Part shown: one piece after another, positions 27,067 to 40,454 of the stretch
Layout: every line of letters starts with the position of its first letter
Numbering within the stretch: position 1 is the stretch's first letter
NCBI RefSeq assembly: GCF_006345805.1
Contig: NC_043003.1
Span: forward strand, 111,848,001-111,912,000
DNA length: 64,000 nucleotides
Reading direction: 5' to 3'
From: Octopus sinensis
Taxonomy: Eukaryota
Translations under genes and position numbers: made by a program
The notes under the pieces: generated by a model
The model's database searches: none
The model's input: only the letters and a program-made list of their open reading frames with translations
What the model was told of the DNA's origin: nothing

Positions 27067-28454
27067 ATAAAATAAAAGATTATTGAATATATACAAAGTA
27101 AACTCTGATTTGACTATACGAAACGAAAATGCACAAATTTCCATCCTCATGCACCCAATTGTGTGTTTACTCGATGTAGATTAGTTTGTAGTTCATGAAA
27201 ATTTACACCATACCAAAACTATTGATTACACGCTAATTCATACAAACTCGATGCATACAACACAGATACATTAATTGAACATGTGGTAGGATACACTTAC
27301 GATGCTTTCCCCTTTTATATAGCTGCATTTGTTAATAAAGAGGAAAGCTATAAGATTAAATAGAAATTAATTGCTTCTAAACACTAAAAGAAATTCACAC
27401 AAGACCTAGATTTGTATATCCAATGCGTTCGAAATATTTTCTCAAATCACTATCTTCATAGCAATTGTAAAATTATCTCCAGTGTTATATAGAGAAAGTT
27501 TATGTACGTTAAACTACTTTAAAATATGTGTAACGAAAATACAACACACGTATATTTAGGACATTGTAGTTTAACTACCACTAAAACAATCTTAGTTATT
27601 GAAATAAATGTTTCATTATTTTATATACATAGTCACATAACTCCGTAAAAATGTTTTGACATGCTTTCTAGCCAGCGAAATGTGGAAAACATCCACATTT
27701 AGTTTTCTACCTCATCGACGTAATAGATAGGTAAATATTCATATGATATATTTAATTTCTAATTTAGAATTTTATTCGCAAGCCCACTGGCTACTAACTA
27801 CATTTGGAACTTCCATTATAAACCGAATTACTGATTGACACCTTTGTCTAACTTGACAATTCTTTTAGAAGGTATATATTTTGCATAGTCATATTAATTG
27901 TATGTTGCTCTTGCGAACACATAAAGTATAAATGAATTTATTGTAGGGCCCTGGATAGAAGGATCGGTTATATCGATTAGATGTAAATTCATTCTCAGAA
28001 ATATTCACTTGTAGAACAAATTCAAATTAGCCTTTGCTACTCTTCATAATCATAGACACTAGAAAACATACTCTTCCTTTCTTTCTCTCTTTCTTTCTCT
28101 CTTTCTCTCTCTCTCTTTCTCTCTCTTCGAGAATATATATATATATATAATTGTCGAGTTAGAAAACAGACAGATCTAATGGATACAAATTAATTTATTA
28201 GTTAATCAACATATTCACCAACAATTGTTTCATTATACAAGGCAGAATTAAAATTACAAAACATATATAAATATATAATTTTTTTATTTTAAATACCTGA
28301 TATGGAAAAGCATTAAGGTGTACAAAGGCAATAATGATTACAGTGGGATACATTTGGGATACACCGAATGCATAGACATGTGTATCATGTGTGTATGTAT
28401 AGGTGTGTGTATGTATGTATGCATGCGTTAAAATAATTCCTTTTATTTCAATTC

Positions 28455-28498
<44 letters not shown>

Positions 28499-28599
28499 TA
28501 ATAATAATAATAATAGTCATGAATGATGGTTTACCTTATAGTTGGGTAAAGTAATATAATGTATTATAGAAAGTAAATGTCAAATAAAACCTGTTATTT

Positions 28600-29028
<429 letters not shown>

Positions 29029-29119
29029 CTTTTTATTGTAGCCACACAGGGCTAAACACAGAATAAAAATAGACGAAATACAATGTAGAATTTTTTCTTT
29101 TCGAGGTGGGATGGGTGGG

Positions 29120-29150
<31 letters not shown>

Positions 29151-29334
29151 CGTTTGATCAATAGGGATCTGTGGGTTGTGTGGTGTATAAAAAAGCAATA
29201 TGTATATATATATAAGGTTCACAGTTTAGGTGTAGCCTTGGAAAGAAAAACCTACAAAAAAGACCAAGGTCACCTCAGACAGTTCGAAAAAGAACACATG
29301 AGTAAGTCGCCTCAGTTCTCGTTGTCTCTTTTGG

Positions 29335-32300
29335 TTACAGATTTATGCTTAAAATAGTGTCGTCTTTCATACTGACCATTTTTGCCACTTTTACCCACTT
29401 TTTATTAAAACATTCGTTCGACAAAGCCTTCCTCTCTATTCTCATCCTCCTTTTCAAGTGGTACTTGAAAAAGTTGACGAGAGACTGACCAGAGAGGAAG
29501 GTGTTTGTTTGCAGTCCTTTCAAACGCGTCCACCACACACATTCTTTCGCCATAGCCATCAGCGTAACGAAAACCGTTTTCCCTTCCCGTTTAAAGGAAG
29601 GTGGTGGAACAATATTCACGATAGACTCGGCCGATAGGCGAGCCTGACCTACACGTGACAACAGCTGTTCGACGAAGGACCACAGCTCTGAAATATCTGG
29701 ACACTGCACGAGTGCGTGCAGAACGGTTTCGTCGCTCTGACCGCATCTCGGGCAGGTCGGTCCGGTGATGGTTTTCGAACCGTGTCTGTAGCTCTTCTCT
29801 CGAACAGGTAGTGCGTCTCGATAGCACTGCCAAGCCAGGGATTTCTGGAAGTTATCCATAGGCCCCGGCCCGAACGTCGTCCTGAACAGGCGGGTTAGGA
29901 ATTCCTCGTCGACGCCCAGGTTTGCCCCGAGTGTGTCGTCGGACCTCCCCTCCACTAGTCCTCTATAGAACGCTTTAGTCGTTTGGAAGTTGCACAAGTT
30001 TGACCCCGGTCGGCAGAGCTGCTGTAGAGCTTGGCGACACTCTCGGTGCCAATCGCCCAGTTTCGGTCTCTTTTTGATCCACGTTTGCAGTTCGGTCAGT
30101 GAGACGAGCTGCGGGAAGTCGCGCCTCACAAACGGCGCCCACACCTGTTCACCGTCGTCGATGAATTTCCAGAGATGTCGCAGTCTCAGCGCATGCCTGC
30201 GCATCATCAACCACGGCATGCCCAGTCCTCCATTCAACGGATGTTGACAGCAAATGGACTTCCTCACCATCGGAACGCCACCCTTCCACAGGAAGCGGAA
30301 GAGTATGCGTTCCAGTTTGGTGATGGTGGCGTCGGGACAAGGTACGACGGTCAGGCGGTAATCGATGACGGATGCGATGTACGCGTTCGCCACCTCCGCC
30401 CGGCCTTTTAGAGACAGCTTTCTCTCGGCCCATGTTTGGCTGAGAGCGACCACTCTACTCGTGATCTCGTCCCAGTTCTTATCCATTTGGAGGTCCGGAC
30501 TGAACCAGACCCCGAGCAATTTAACCGGTCCGTCCGTCCAGCGTCCCACTACTGAGCCGCAGTCGGACTGGGCTTGCTTCTCCAGGTGCCGAGTAGCAAA
30601 CCCACTGACTTTTCCGGGTTAATCTTTGCTCCCGTCACCGTTTCATATTTTCTTAGTGTCTCGCCGACCAGCTCGATGTGCTGGTAGCTCGACACTATGA
30701 CGGTGACATCGTCCGCATATGCCGACACGCTCGTCCCGCAACCCAGTTCCCGTGGGATGCCCCTCAGTGTCGCCAGCTTCCGCAGTAGCGGCTCGAGAGT
30801 CAATACATACAGAAGCGCCGACAGGGGACACCCCTGACGGACCGAACGCGTGATGTCAAACGGTTTAGACAGGTGACCGTTTACCCGAATCACCGATCGG
30901 ATGCCGCTATACAAGGCAGCGATCCAACCGCGGAAGACGGGACCGAAGCCAGCCGCCCTGAGGACGGCCGCCAAGTACCGATGGTCGACCCTATCGAAGG
31001 CTTTAGACTGATCCAAATTTATCAGCGCCCCACCCATGCCAGGATCCTTAACTACCCTGTCCACAATGTAGCGCATCAGATGGAGGTTGTCATGTATGGT
31101 TCTGCCCGGCACGGCGCATGTTTGCGCCCTGTCGACCAGTTTACCAATGACAAGCGCCAACCTCTCGGCTATTACTTTGGCCAAAATTTTCAAATCTGCG
31201 TTGAGCAGAGTGATGGGCCTGAAATTATCTATAAAATTCCCCTTGTTTGAGTCTTTCTTCAGCAACGTCACTGCACCTCGGCTCACGAAACCGGGGATTC
31301 TCCCGTTTTGTTGCCAGTTGCAGTAGACTGATGCCAAGAGTTCGCCAAACAAGTCTGGCATTCGACAATACAGCTCGTAGGGTAAACCATCCAATCCAGG
31401 CGACTTATCCCTCGCGCAGCCCGCCATCGCATCCCACGTCAGCGGCTGTGATGGGACTTTCACAACACTCCGCCTCTCTTGCCGAGAGCCGCGGCAGGTC
31501 GGTCAGGTAGGCACTGAAATCCATCCCTCGTTCCGACCCACCACTCGCACCAAACAGTCGAGCAAAGTGCTGTTGAAAGGCCTCACACATCCTTTCGGGT
31601 TCGAGTAAACTGCATCCCTGTTGATCTATTAGAGACCGAATGGTTGATCTGTTGCCACGCTGCGCCTCCGCTACCCGGGCCTCTCGCGCAGCTTCAATCC
31701 CTTCGTTCCTTAAGGCACGCATTTTAGCTCTGACGACGCAACCTTCGTGCTTGGCGTTGAGGTGTTGGTCGAGGGCCATCCTCGCAGCTAGCACGTTGGT
31801 TGCGCTGCCAGTGGTAAGTGCCTCTTCTAGTTTCTTAACTAAGTCTCCCTCTACTCTATTTCGTTCTATCGCTAATTCCTTGCTAAACCTAATTGATTCC
31901 GATTTTATTGCCATTTTCAGGGCGTACCACCAGCGGTTGTTAACGACCGCTCCCGTCAGCGCCCTCTTAATTAACTCGCTAATCCGGTTCCTGTAAACCT
32001 GTCGCGCTAACAGCGACGTGTTCAGTTTCCAGTAACCGGGACCCTGCCTATGTGTTTTATCTAAGTCGAGCGTACACGTAACAATTTGTGATCTGTGTAG
32101 CTGACTACTTTAAATTGTGGACATCCTACACTATCCCTATCCGCTGTCCTGCATAGAATTCTATCTAGATAAGATCTCGACGATCCGACGCGGTTTGTCC
32201 AAGTCCACGTTGGCACGTTCGGATGGTCGAGTCGGAACCTGTCAGACAAATGGAAACGTCTGAGCAGGTCTTTGAGGCTCTTACACCCCCTTCTATTCCT

Positions 32301-32777
32301 ATCCCTTCCCACATAATCTAGATGCGTGTCCAAGGTAGCGTTCCAATCCCCTACTAACAGTAAAGGTCTAGACGTACCCAGGAAAACCTCTAGACGTCTG
32401 AAGAAATCCGCCCGACCCGTTAAGGACGGTGCATAAACTGCCATCAGACGGAATGCACACCCATTTCTGCCATCCACGTCCAAGACAACCAGCCTACCCT
32501 CCGGGTCTAGGAATATTGCTCTTACTTTTACCTTTAGACTCTTTCGAAAAAGGACCGCAGTACCTCCACCACCCATGTTCGGCAGACAGGGAGAAAAATA
32601 AATGTCAAATTGATTGCCAAACATGGACTCGAGGGCCCGCGGCTTACTGAGTCTGGTTTCACTGATAGCTACTATATCCACGTCCAGTGACTTGATGTCG
32701 TTTAGAAGGTAACCTTGCTTCCAAGCCGACGCCAAGCCACGCGCATTCACACAACCTAATTTAAGCATACTTGACAT
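29335..32777 (-). CDS. Tx1 ORF2: AP endonuclease + reverse transcriptase + C-terminal CCHC, split by three -1 frameshifts (~32080, ~31435, ~30570)
   Basis: VNARGL, ISETRL, VYAP, GDWNA, SYLDRI, SYTDH; GPGYWKLN; KSPGLDGLP, RPITLLNAD.KILAK, DQSKAFDRV, VRQGCPLS, AYADD; LSLKGR, GGLG, CPRCGQSDETVLHALVQC. Confidence 0.93.
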
Positions 32778-32834
32778 TTACGAAAATTGTGTTTTACACA
32801 CTATATTAGAAGAGACAAGAGGCAAGAAGTGAGG

Positions 32835-33089
32835 TCACTTACTCATTTTAAAAGTTTCATTTTTTTCTTCTTCTTCTTTTGTATCGTTTTTGATGAGGTG
32901 TTTGTATAGTTTTTTCGACAGGTATCGTTGATACCCGCCTACCGCATTCGGAAATAATGTTTTCAGTATGTGGTGTTGTGCTTGTGTTATGTGTAAAATT
33001 CTGATGTGTTTCGGTGGTGTGGTGTGCGGATGATTGTTTGTCTTAAAATCATCTTCACAGACGACCATGTTAGATTTGATGTAGTCCAT
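32835..33089 (-). CDS. Short ORF between ORF1 and ORF2, probably frameshifted ORF1 C-terminus
   Basis: Same strand and AC-rich composition as ORF1; ends 58 bp before the ORF2 ATG. Confidence 0.35.
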   Translation of the reverse strand: MDYIKSNMVVCEDDFKTNNHPHTTPPKHIRILHITQAQHHILKTLFPNAVGGYQRYLSKKLYKHLIKNDTKEEEEKNETFKMSK

Positions 33090-33147
33090 TAATTCTTTAT
33101 TGTCTGTGTCTATTGCAGTTAGTTGTGTGTGTGGTTTTACGGGTTCA

Positions 33148-34119
33148 TTACTTTTTTGATTGTCTAGGAATGTTGTCCTGAGTGAGATATCTCCCTGCTT
33201 TAATTCCTTGTTTGGTGGATTTTTTGGATCTTTTTCTTTTACCCCCTGTGGCTATTTGCCATTCCGTCGAACTTTCGTCGTCCGACGTATCAGTATGGGG
33301 TAGAGGAAAAAGAACAGGATCACTATGTATGCTTGTATAAATTGTTGATGTTTTGTGCGGTGTTTGTGTTGTTGTGGTGTTAGGGGTAGCATTTGTCTTC
33401 TCGTCAGTGTTTTCTGTCTTTTTAATTGTCGTCCTGGGTGTGGGCGTGGGTCGATTTTTTGTTAATTCAACAGGTTTAATTGGTTGTGAAGTCAACGGTG
33501 ATTGTGTTGGTACTGTTTTTCTTGGTGATGTTGTTGGAGTTTGTCTGCTGGTTTGTTGTTTTTCTTGGCGTTGTTCCATAATTGAGTGTGTCGGTGTTGG
33601 TGTTGGCAACAAAGGGATTTTATTTGTTTTCTGAATTGTTCTTTCTTGTTTTTTCTGTACCAGATCGCACTTGGCAATCAAATGTTCGGGGCTGCCACAT
33701 TTGTAGCATCTAGGCTTTTTGCCTTCTGCCATAACATATAGGCATTGCCCATTCTCCAAGTATATCTTGTCGGGTAGGCTCTCGATAGAGGCCCCCTCAA
33801 TCTGGATGGTCACAACTACTGTTTTTCCACCCCAATTGTCGTTTAGGTACACGGCTGTTTCTAGAATATTGATCTTTTTCAAGTGGTAACAGATTGCCCC
33901 TGTTATCCATTTGTTCGGCATATCGGGGGGTACATTTCTGATAGTAATTCTACTCACCCTCTGGTTTTTATAATAAGGGACCATGATGATTTCATCATTT
34001 CCCAGAGACTCAGTAGAGTGAGCTTTTGCCACTTCCTGGTTAGGGAAGCGGACCACTACTGTGTTAAACTGGGGACCCCAGTTTATATACTCTTTTTCTT
34101 TCATTATGTTTTTAAACAT
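33148..34119 (-). CDS. Tx1 ORF1 main fragment (putative RRM-like region, CCHC zinc knuckle, Thr/Pro/Gln-rich tail)
   Basis: RITIRNVPPDM, CYKCGSPEHLIAKC; lies immediately 5' of ORF2. Confidence 0.8.
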   Translation of the reverse strand: MFKNIMKEKEYINWGPQFNTVVVRFPNQEVAKAHSTESLGNDEIIMVPYYKNQRVSRITIRNVPPDMPNKWITGAICYHLKKINILETAVYLNDNWGGKTVVVTIQIEGASIESLPDKIYLENGQCLYVMAEGKKPRCYKCGSPEHLIAKCDLVQKKQERTIQKTNKIPLLPTPTPTHSIMEQRQEKQQTSRQTPTTSPRKTVPTQSPLTSQPIKPVELTKNRPTPTPRTTIKKTENTDEKTNATPNTTTTQTPHKTSTIYTSIHSDPVLFPLPHTDTSDDESSTEWQIATGGKRKRSKKSTKQGIKAGRYLTQDNIPRQSKK

Positions 34120-34272
34120 TTCTCCACATCAGTTTTTGTAATCTGTTCATTTGGTTTTTTGTTTTTTCTAATAATTTTATATACAATTGTCTTATTTTCA
34201 ATTTCTTGTTTTATATGTTGAGGTGTATGCAGGACTAAATCTTGTCCACGGGTTGTAAGAGAGCTCTTGTTT

Positions 34273-34716
34273 CTATGAGCTCTTCATTTGTGAATGTAAC
34301 ATCTCCTTTTTCTGGCGAAGAATATCTGCGAAATTTACTGTTGTTGACTTTTTTGTATTGGCATCTTCACTATTAGATAGTTCATTTTTATTGTTGTTCT
34401 TGTTGTTGCTGTTGTTTTTGTCAATAGTTTTCGTTTCAGTTTTATTTTTATCATTTATGTTGGCCGTGGTAGTGGTGGTGGTGGTGGTGGAGGTGGTGGT
34501 GGTAGCAGTTGTTGTCTCGTGGTTGCTGTTGTTAGTGGTGGTGGTGGCGGTGGTGACAGGGCTGTTAACGCACGTGGTTGCAGCGTTCCTTTCACCGAAT
34601 TTTACGTTGGCATTTTCCATGCGAACGTTCTTTTTTTTCTCTGTCGTTTCCAGACTAGGAAAATGTTGTTCCATAAAAGAACGCGACCAGCGTTCAACAA
34701 TAAAATTTCTAGACAT
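34273..34716 (-). CDS. Probable N-terminal part of Tx1 ORF1 (Thr/Asn-rich)
   Basis: First ATG of the element; its frame continues past one TAG and joins 34119 if one A is restored in TTAAAAAC. Confidence 0.55.
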   Translation of the reverse strand: MSRNFIVERWSRSFMEQHFPSLETTEKKKNVRMENANVKFGERNAATTCVNSPVTTATTTTNNSNHETTTATTTTSTTTTTTTTANINDKNKTETKTIDKNNSNNKNNNKNELSNSEDANTKKSTTVNFADILRQKKEMLHSQMKSS

Positions 34717-34915
34717 TTTCTAATGTCGAGAAGAAAATAACAGAAATGAAATGGGGTCGAAACTGCCCCTAGGGGCGAATTCCTCCCTTGGAAAAGCACT
34801 CAAATGAAAGTTGGTTGCCTTACACACCTTATTTGCAAAAATCTACACAAAAATTGGCCTATAAATAGTCAAAATAAATGATTACCTTCGGAGCTGAAAC
34901 GACATCACATCCGTC

Positions 34916-34961
34916 GATAGATAGATAGATAGATAGATAGATATAGATAGATAGATAGATA
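34916..34961. repeat. Short (AGAT)n spacer between the two Tx1 elements
   Basis: Seen directly. Confidence 0.98.
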
Positions 34962-35281
34962 TGTTTCTTTATAGCCACACAGGGCTGCACACAGATAGAA
35001 CAAATTACAAGGTAGAGCTTTTCTTTTGAAGGTTTTAAAAAAAAAAAAAAAAAATGGGAAAGGGGAGTTTCGATCAAAAGGGATCGTAAAAGGAGAGAAA
35101 GAGGACAAAAAAGGGGGGGGTTTAAAAAAAAAAAAAAGGGGGGGAGAGGAAAAAAATTGATCAATAGGGATCGTTATCACAGAAATGTCAATATGAAGTG
35201 TAAAGGGGAGGACAGGTGAGGTTTACCCGTGGAAAAAAGGCTACGGAAAACCACGGTAACCTCGGTCAATGAAGTCACATT

Positions 35282-35314
<33 letters not shown>

Positions 35315-38055
35315 GCAAATAAGCAACTCTCTGTTTTCGATTTCTGGGTTCATAGGACTATGCTCAAGGTGGCTTCGTCATTCATACGTGCCATTCTTGC
35401 TACATTCACCCATCTTTTTAAAACATTCGCTAGACAAAACTTGCCTCTCTACTCTCACTTTCCTTTTCAAGTGGTACTTGAAGAAGTTGATGAGAGATTG
35501 ACCAGAGAGGAAAGTGTTTGTCTCCAATCCTTTCAGACGCGTCCACCAGATACATTCTTTCGCCATAGCCACAAGGATGATGAAAATAGCTCTTCCTTCC
35601 CGTTTGAAGGAAGGAGGCGTGACAATATTGACGATAGACTCAGCTGATAAACCGACTCGTCCCACACGTGACAGCAGTTGTTCGACATAAGCCCACAGGT
35701 CGGAAATTGTTGGACACTGAACGAGTGCGTGCAGAACGGTTTCGTCGCTCTGACCGCATCTCGGGCAGGTCGGCCCCGTGTTTCTCGAGCCGTGTCTGTA
35801 GAGCTTATCCCGAACGGGTAGCGCTTCTCGGTAGCACTGCCAGGCCTCTGGAAGTTGTCCATGGGCCCTGGCCCGAAAGTCGTCCGAACAGGCGGGTCAG
35901 GTACTCCTCGCCGACGTCCAGGTTCGCCCCGAGCTCGTCGTCGTACCTCCCTCCACTAAACCCCTATAGAATGCTTTGGTTGTGTTGAAGTCACTTAAGG
36001 TCGACCCAGGACGGCAGAGTTGCTTGAGAGCAACGCGACACTCGCGGTGCCATTCGCCCTTCCTCGGCCTCTTTTTGATCCACGACTGCAGTTCGGTCAT
36101 GGAGACGAGCTGCGGGAAAGCGTGCCTCACAAACGGCGACCACACCTGTTCACCGTCGTCTACATAGAGCCAGAGATGTCGCAGTCTCAGCGCGTGTCTG
36201 CGCATCATCAACCACGGCATGCCCAGCCCTCCTTTTAACGGGTGTTGACAGCAAATGGATCGCCTGACCATCGGGACGCATCCTTTCCACAAGAAGCGAA
36301 AGAGGATGCGTTGTAGTTTGGTGATGGTAGGGTCGGGACAAGGTACGACGGTCAGGCGGTAGTAGATGACGGACGCGATGTACGTGTTCGCCACCTCCGC
36401 TCGACCTTTTAGGGACAGTTTCCTCTCGGCCCATTGCCGGGCGAGAGTGACCACCCTACTCGTTATCTCGTTCCAGTTCTTCTCCACTTGGAGGTCCGGA
36501 CCAAACCAGACCCCGAGCAACTCAACCGGGCCGTCGGTCCAGCGTCCCACGACGGAGGCGCTGGTGGACGGCATGGGCTTGCTTCTCCAGGTGCCTAGTC
36601 GCAAGCCCACTGACTTTTCCCGGTTGATTTTCGCTCCTGTCACCGCTTCGTAGTTTTTCAGTGTCTCACCGACCAGCTCGATGTGCTCGTGGCTTGACAC
36701 TATGACGGTGACGTCGTCCGCGTATGCAGACACGCTCGTCCCGCATCCAATTCTCGCGGGATGCCCCTTAGAGTCGCCAGCTTCCGCAGTAGTGGCTCAA
36801 GAGTCAATACGTATAGAAGCGCCGAGAGGGGGCATCCCTGACGGACCGAACGTGCAATGTCGAAAGGTCTCGATAGATGTCCATTTACGCGCGATTACCG
36901 AACGGATGCCTCTGTACAAGGCAGCTATCCAGCCGCGGAAGACGGGACCGAAACCAGCCGCTCTCAGGACTGCCTCCAGTATCGATGGTCTACCCTATCA
37001 AAGGCTTTCGATTGATCCAAGTTGATCAGGGCCCCACCCATGCCAGGTTCGTTAACTACCCTGTCTATGATGTAGCGCATCAGATGGAGGTTGTCATGGA
37101 TGGTCCGGCCTGGCACGGCGCATGTTTGCGCCTTGTCGACCAGTTTCTCGATGACAAGCGCCAACCTCTTGGCTAACACCTTGGCCAAAATTTTCAAGTC
37201 TGCATTAAGCAGAGTGATGGGCCTAAAGTTATCTATTACATTTCCCTTGTTTAGATCTTTCTTCAGCAGTGTTACGGCTCCTCGGCTCACAAAACCAGGA
37301 ATGCTCCCGTTTTGCTGCCAGTTGCAGTACACCGCCGCCAAGAGATCTCCAAATAAGTCTGGCATACAATTGTAAAGCTCGTAGGGTAGACCATCCAAAC
37401 CCGGTGATTTGTCCCTCGAGCATTCTGCCATCGCTTCCCGCACTTCCGCCGCCGTGATGGCACCTTCGCAGCACCCTGCCTTTCTTGTCGAGAGTCGTGG
37501 TAGGCTATGTAGGTAGGCACTGAAGTCCACCCTACGTTCTTGCCCTCCACTCGTTCCGAACAGTCGGGCAAAATGTTGCTGAAAGGCCTCACACATTTTA
37601 CTTGGCTCGAGCAATTCGCGCCCCTGTTCATCTACCAGTGACCGAATGGTGGCTTTGTTGCCCTGTTGCGCCTCTGCCACCCGGGCCTCTCTCGCGGCTC
37701 CAACACCTTCGTTCCTTAGAGCACGCATCCTAGCTCTGACAGCACATCCTTCGTGTTTGGCGTTGAAGTGTTGGTCGAGGGCCAACCTCGCCGCCAAAAC
37801 GTCGGATGCGATGCCGCTTCTAATTGCCTCTTCTAGCTTCTTAACTAGCTCACCCTCTACTCTATTTCTATCTATGGCTAGTGCTTGCTGTACCTAATCG
37901 CTTCTGCTTTTACTGCTCTCTTGAGGGCAAACCACCATTTGTTGTTGATGATGGCTCCCGTCAAAGCCCTCTTTACTAGTGTGCTAATCCGGTCTCTGAA
38001 AACCTGTCTCGATGGGAAAGACGCGTTTAGTTTCCAGTATCCGGGACCCTGCCTA
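34962..38055 (-). mobile_element. 5'-truncated L1/Tx1 element 2 (different subfamily) inserted in (GATA)n
   Basis: Begins at RQGPGYWKLN; RT motifs (KSPGLDGLP, DQSKAFDRV, AYADD) in frameshifted ORFs 37797-35378; colinear with element 1 but clearly diverged; 3' hairpin plus ATAAAGAAAC. Confidence 0.95.
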
Positions 38056-38106
38056 AGATAGATAGATAGATAGACAGATAGATAGATAGTTAGATAGATA
38101 GATAGT

Positions 38107-38162
<56 letters not shown>

Positions 38163-38246
38163 CAGATAGATAGATAGTTAGATAGATAGATAGTTAGATA
38201 GATAGATAGATAGATAGTTAGATAGATAGACAGATAGATAGATAGG

Positions 38247-38310
<64 letters not shown>

Positions 38311-38456
38311 CAGATAGATAGATAGTTAGATAGATAGATAGTTAGATAGATAGATAGATAGATAGTTAGATAGATAGACAGATATATAGATAGGTAGATA
38401 GATAGATAGATAGATAGTTAGATAGATAGACAGATAGATAGATAGGTAGATAGATA
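38056..38456. repeat. (AGAT)n array, right of element 2, with higher-order variant pattern
   Basis: Seen directly; GACA-(GATA)3-GTTA-(GATA)3-GTTA block recurs at ~38073, 38161, 38309. Confidence 0.98.
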
Positions 38457-38901
38457 CATTGCTATACTATTAGGACTATTTTGTTTATGCAAAGTCAGCA
38501 TGCGGTTTGTGGTTTATGGCTCCGAACTTTCGTTGTGTCGAAGGCAAAAATCTATCCTCAACTTTCCACGCATTGGTGATATCTGTTCCTTTCCACTTGC
38601 TTTGTGTTTTACAATCATTGGGCATATGAGTTATATTCGTCTCGATGAAATGTTGTACTCATATTTTCGGTTCAATTTATTTAATGTTTACTAGATTCTG
38701 TTGTTTTTCTCCAACATAGTCAAAGTTATCCGATACCACAAATCTTTTGTCCTTTAGATGCTGGCTTCCATGTAACTAGAAAACACTTTTTATAACTATT
38801 TGTTTGCATGTATTTTCCTGTATTATTACTGTATTCCTACAATAGCAATAGGTAGTTGATTTTATGATAATTTTACAAAAGCCACACTCACATATACAGA
38901 T

Positions 38902-38954
<53 letters not shown>

Positions 38955-38959
38955 ATGTA

Positions 38960-38997
<38 letters not shown>

Positions 38998-39559
38998 CAC
39001 ACACACACACTCATACATATATATGTATATATATTCTAAACCAACAATATTATTTTATTTATATATCGTTGTACACTGTCCAATTTATCAAATTCCTGTG
39101 TTCGTAAATCAGTATTTGGATTTCAGTCTATTTTCTATCTTTAGTTTTCAAGGTATATGTTTCTTACTTTTTATTGTACTTCCTTTCTTCGTCGTCGCAT
39201 GGAGAGAATATAATATTAAATTCCCGGGCGAATCTATGCAAAAATTCATATAACTTGTTCTACTGTTTTATCATGACCAGTATGCAGCCTGACATCATGT
39301 GTATGCAAAAGTTATTTTATTGTCTTTCCATAGCATTTCCATTTGTATTTTCTTTCCATTTAACGTTTGATATTATAGTCAGTTAGGAAAAGATTGGAGA
39401 GAAGGACTCCTCTAAAATACCATTCTGTAAAATAGTAACGGGATTCCTTTCACAATATATTTCCTTCATCGTTCCTTGTGTATTGCTTGTCATTTATCCA
39501 GAACATTGTAATGTAACAGATTATCATTGATACTACTTTAATCTGGATTTTGTTAAAAC

Positions 39560-39670
39560 AAACGGCATGCGGGGATTCTCCGAGAAATAAGTCCCAGCTA
39601 AGTATTGTGATCGATGCAATCGACTTACCTCATCTCCTAAGTTGCTGTCCTTATACCGAACTTTTAAATC
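39560..39670 (+). mobile_element. SINE family A, 3' half
   Basis: AAATAAGTCCCAG...GATCGATGCAATCGACTTACC...GTTGCTG.CCTT. Confidence 0.55.
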
Positions 39671-39711
39671 CTTATGATTATTATAATCCCTTTATCACAG
39701 ATTTCGTTGGA

Positions 39712-40375
39712 GCTCCTCTTTGGTAGAGCTCTCATTGACTTTCTCAAGTTTCACTTGAAAGCGAACTTGAGAGTGGAGATGGAAGTGCTATCCTCGAGTG
39801 AATTTATTGAAAGGTGGGTCAAAGTTGCGAACATGGCAAGAGTGGATGGTATCTCTTAGTTATATCACACGTTCTGATGACCTCTATCTCATCCTCGTCG
39901 CCACTGTTATATCGCCCGTTTGATGACCTCTACTCAACTCTACTCTCGACGTCTAGACTTCTCCCTGTATATCTACATATTGGGCTAGCCTACTTCATCG
40001 CCTGGGGTCGTCCACACAACACTCTTTATGTGTAGACCTGTGAGTCGGAGAGAAGGAATTGGAGAGAGCACTTGCGCATAGGCTTTCAGGGAAATCTCGA
40101 GCTATGAGAGCCGAGCCTGTATCGCATCTCTATCATTCTCCCCCAATATTTTTCGCTGCACCTCTGTATGCTATGCATATGTCGACTCTTTCGCAGTGTA
40201 CACCGTGTATACTTTTTATTATTTTTTTTACCTATGTTATTTATTTTAAATAAAAATATTTTTTTATTTTGTTTTATTCATCATTTCATTATTATATGTA
40301 CCCCCCCCCCCGACTACTTGCTTGTCTTTGTATTGCTCCCCTTATCTTTGCCCTCATGGCAAATAAATGAAATTA
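39712..40375 (+). mobile_element. Third Tx1-family element: extreme 3' end of ORF2 plus 3'UTR, followed by (ATT)n
   Basis: GRALIDFLKFHLKANLRVEMEVLSSSEFIERWVKVA aligns to element 1 GQSLVNFFKYHLKRRMRIERKALSNECFNKKWVKVA; ends TTTGCCCTCATGGCAAATAAATG. Confidence 0.8.
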
Positions 40376-40408
40376 CCATTATCATTTTCATTATTGTTAT
40401 TATCATTA

Positions 40409-40454
<46 letters not shown>

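Noticed and set aside
34860-34915. Spliced-leader or snRNA-derived 5' end of the Tx1 element
   Set aside because: No recognisable match to U1, U2, U5 or U7, and no convincing Sm site or stems
29591-37897. Numerous plus-strand and alternate-frame ORFs inside the Tx1 elements
   Set aside because: Expected in GC-rich antisense of ORF2; no independent motifs
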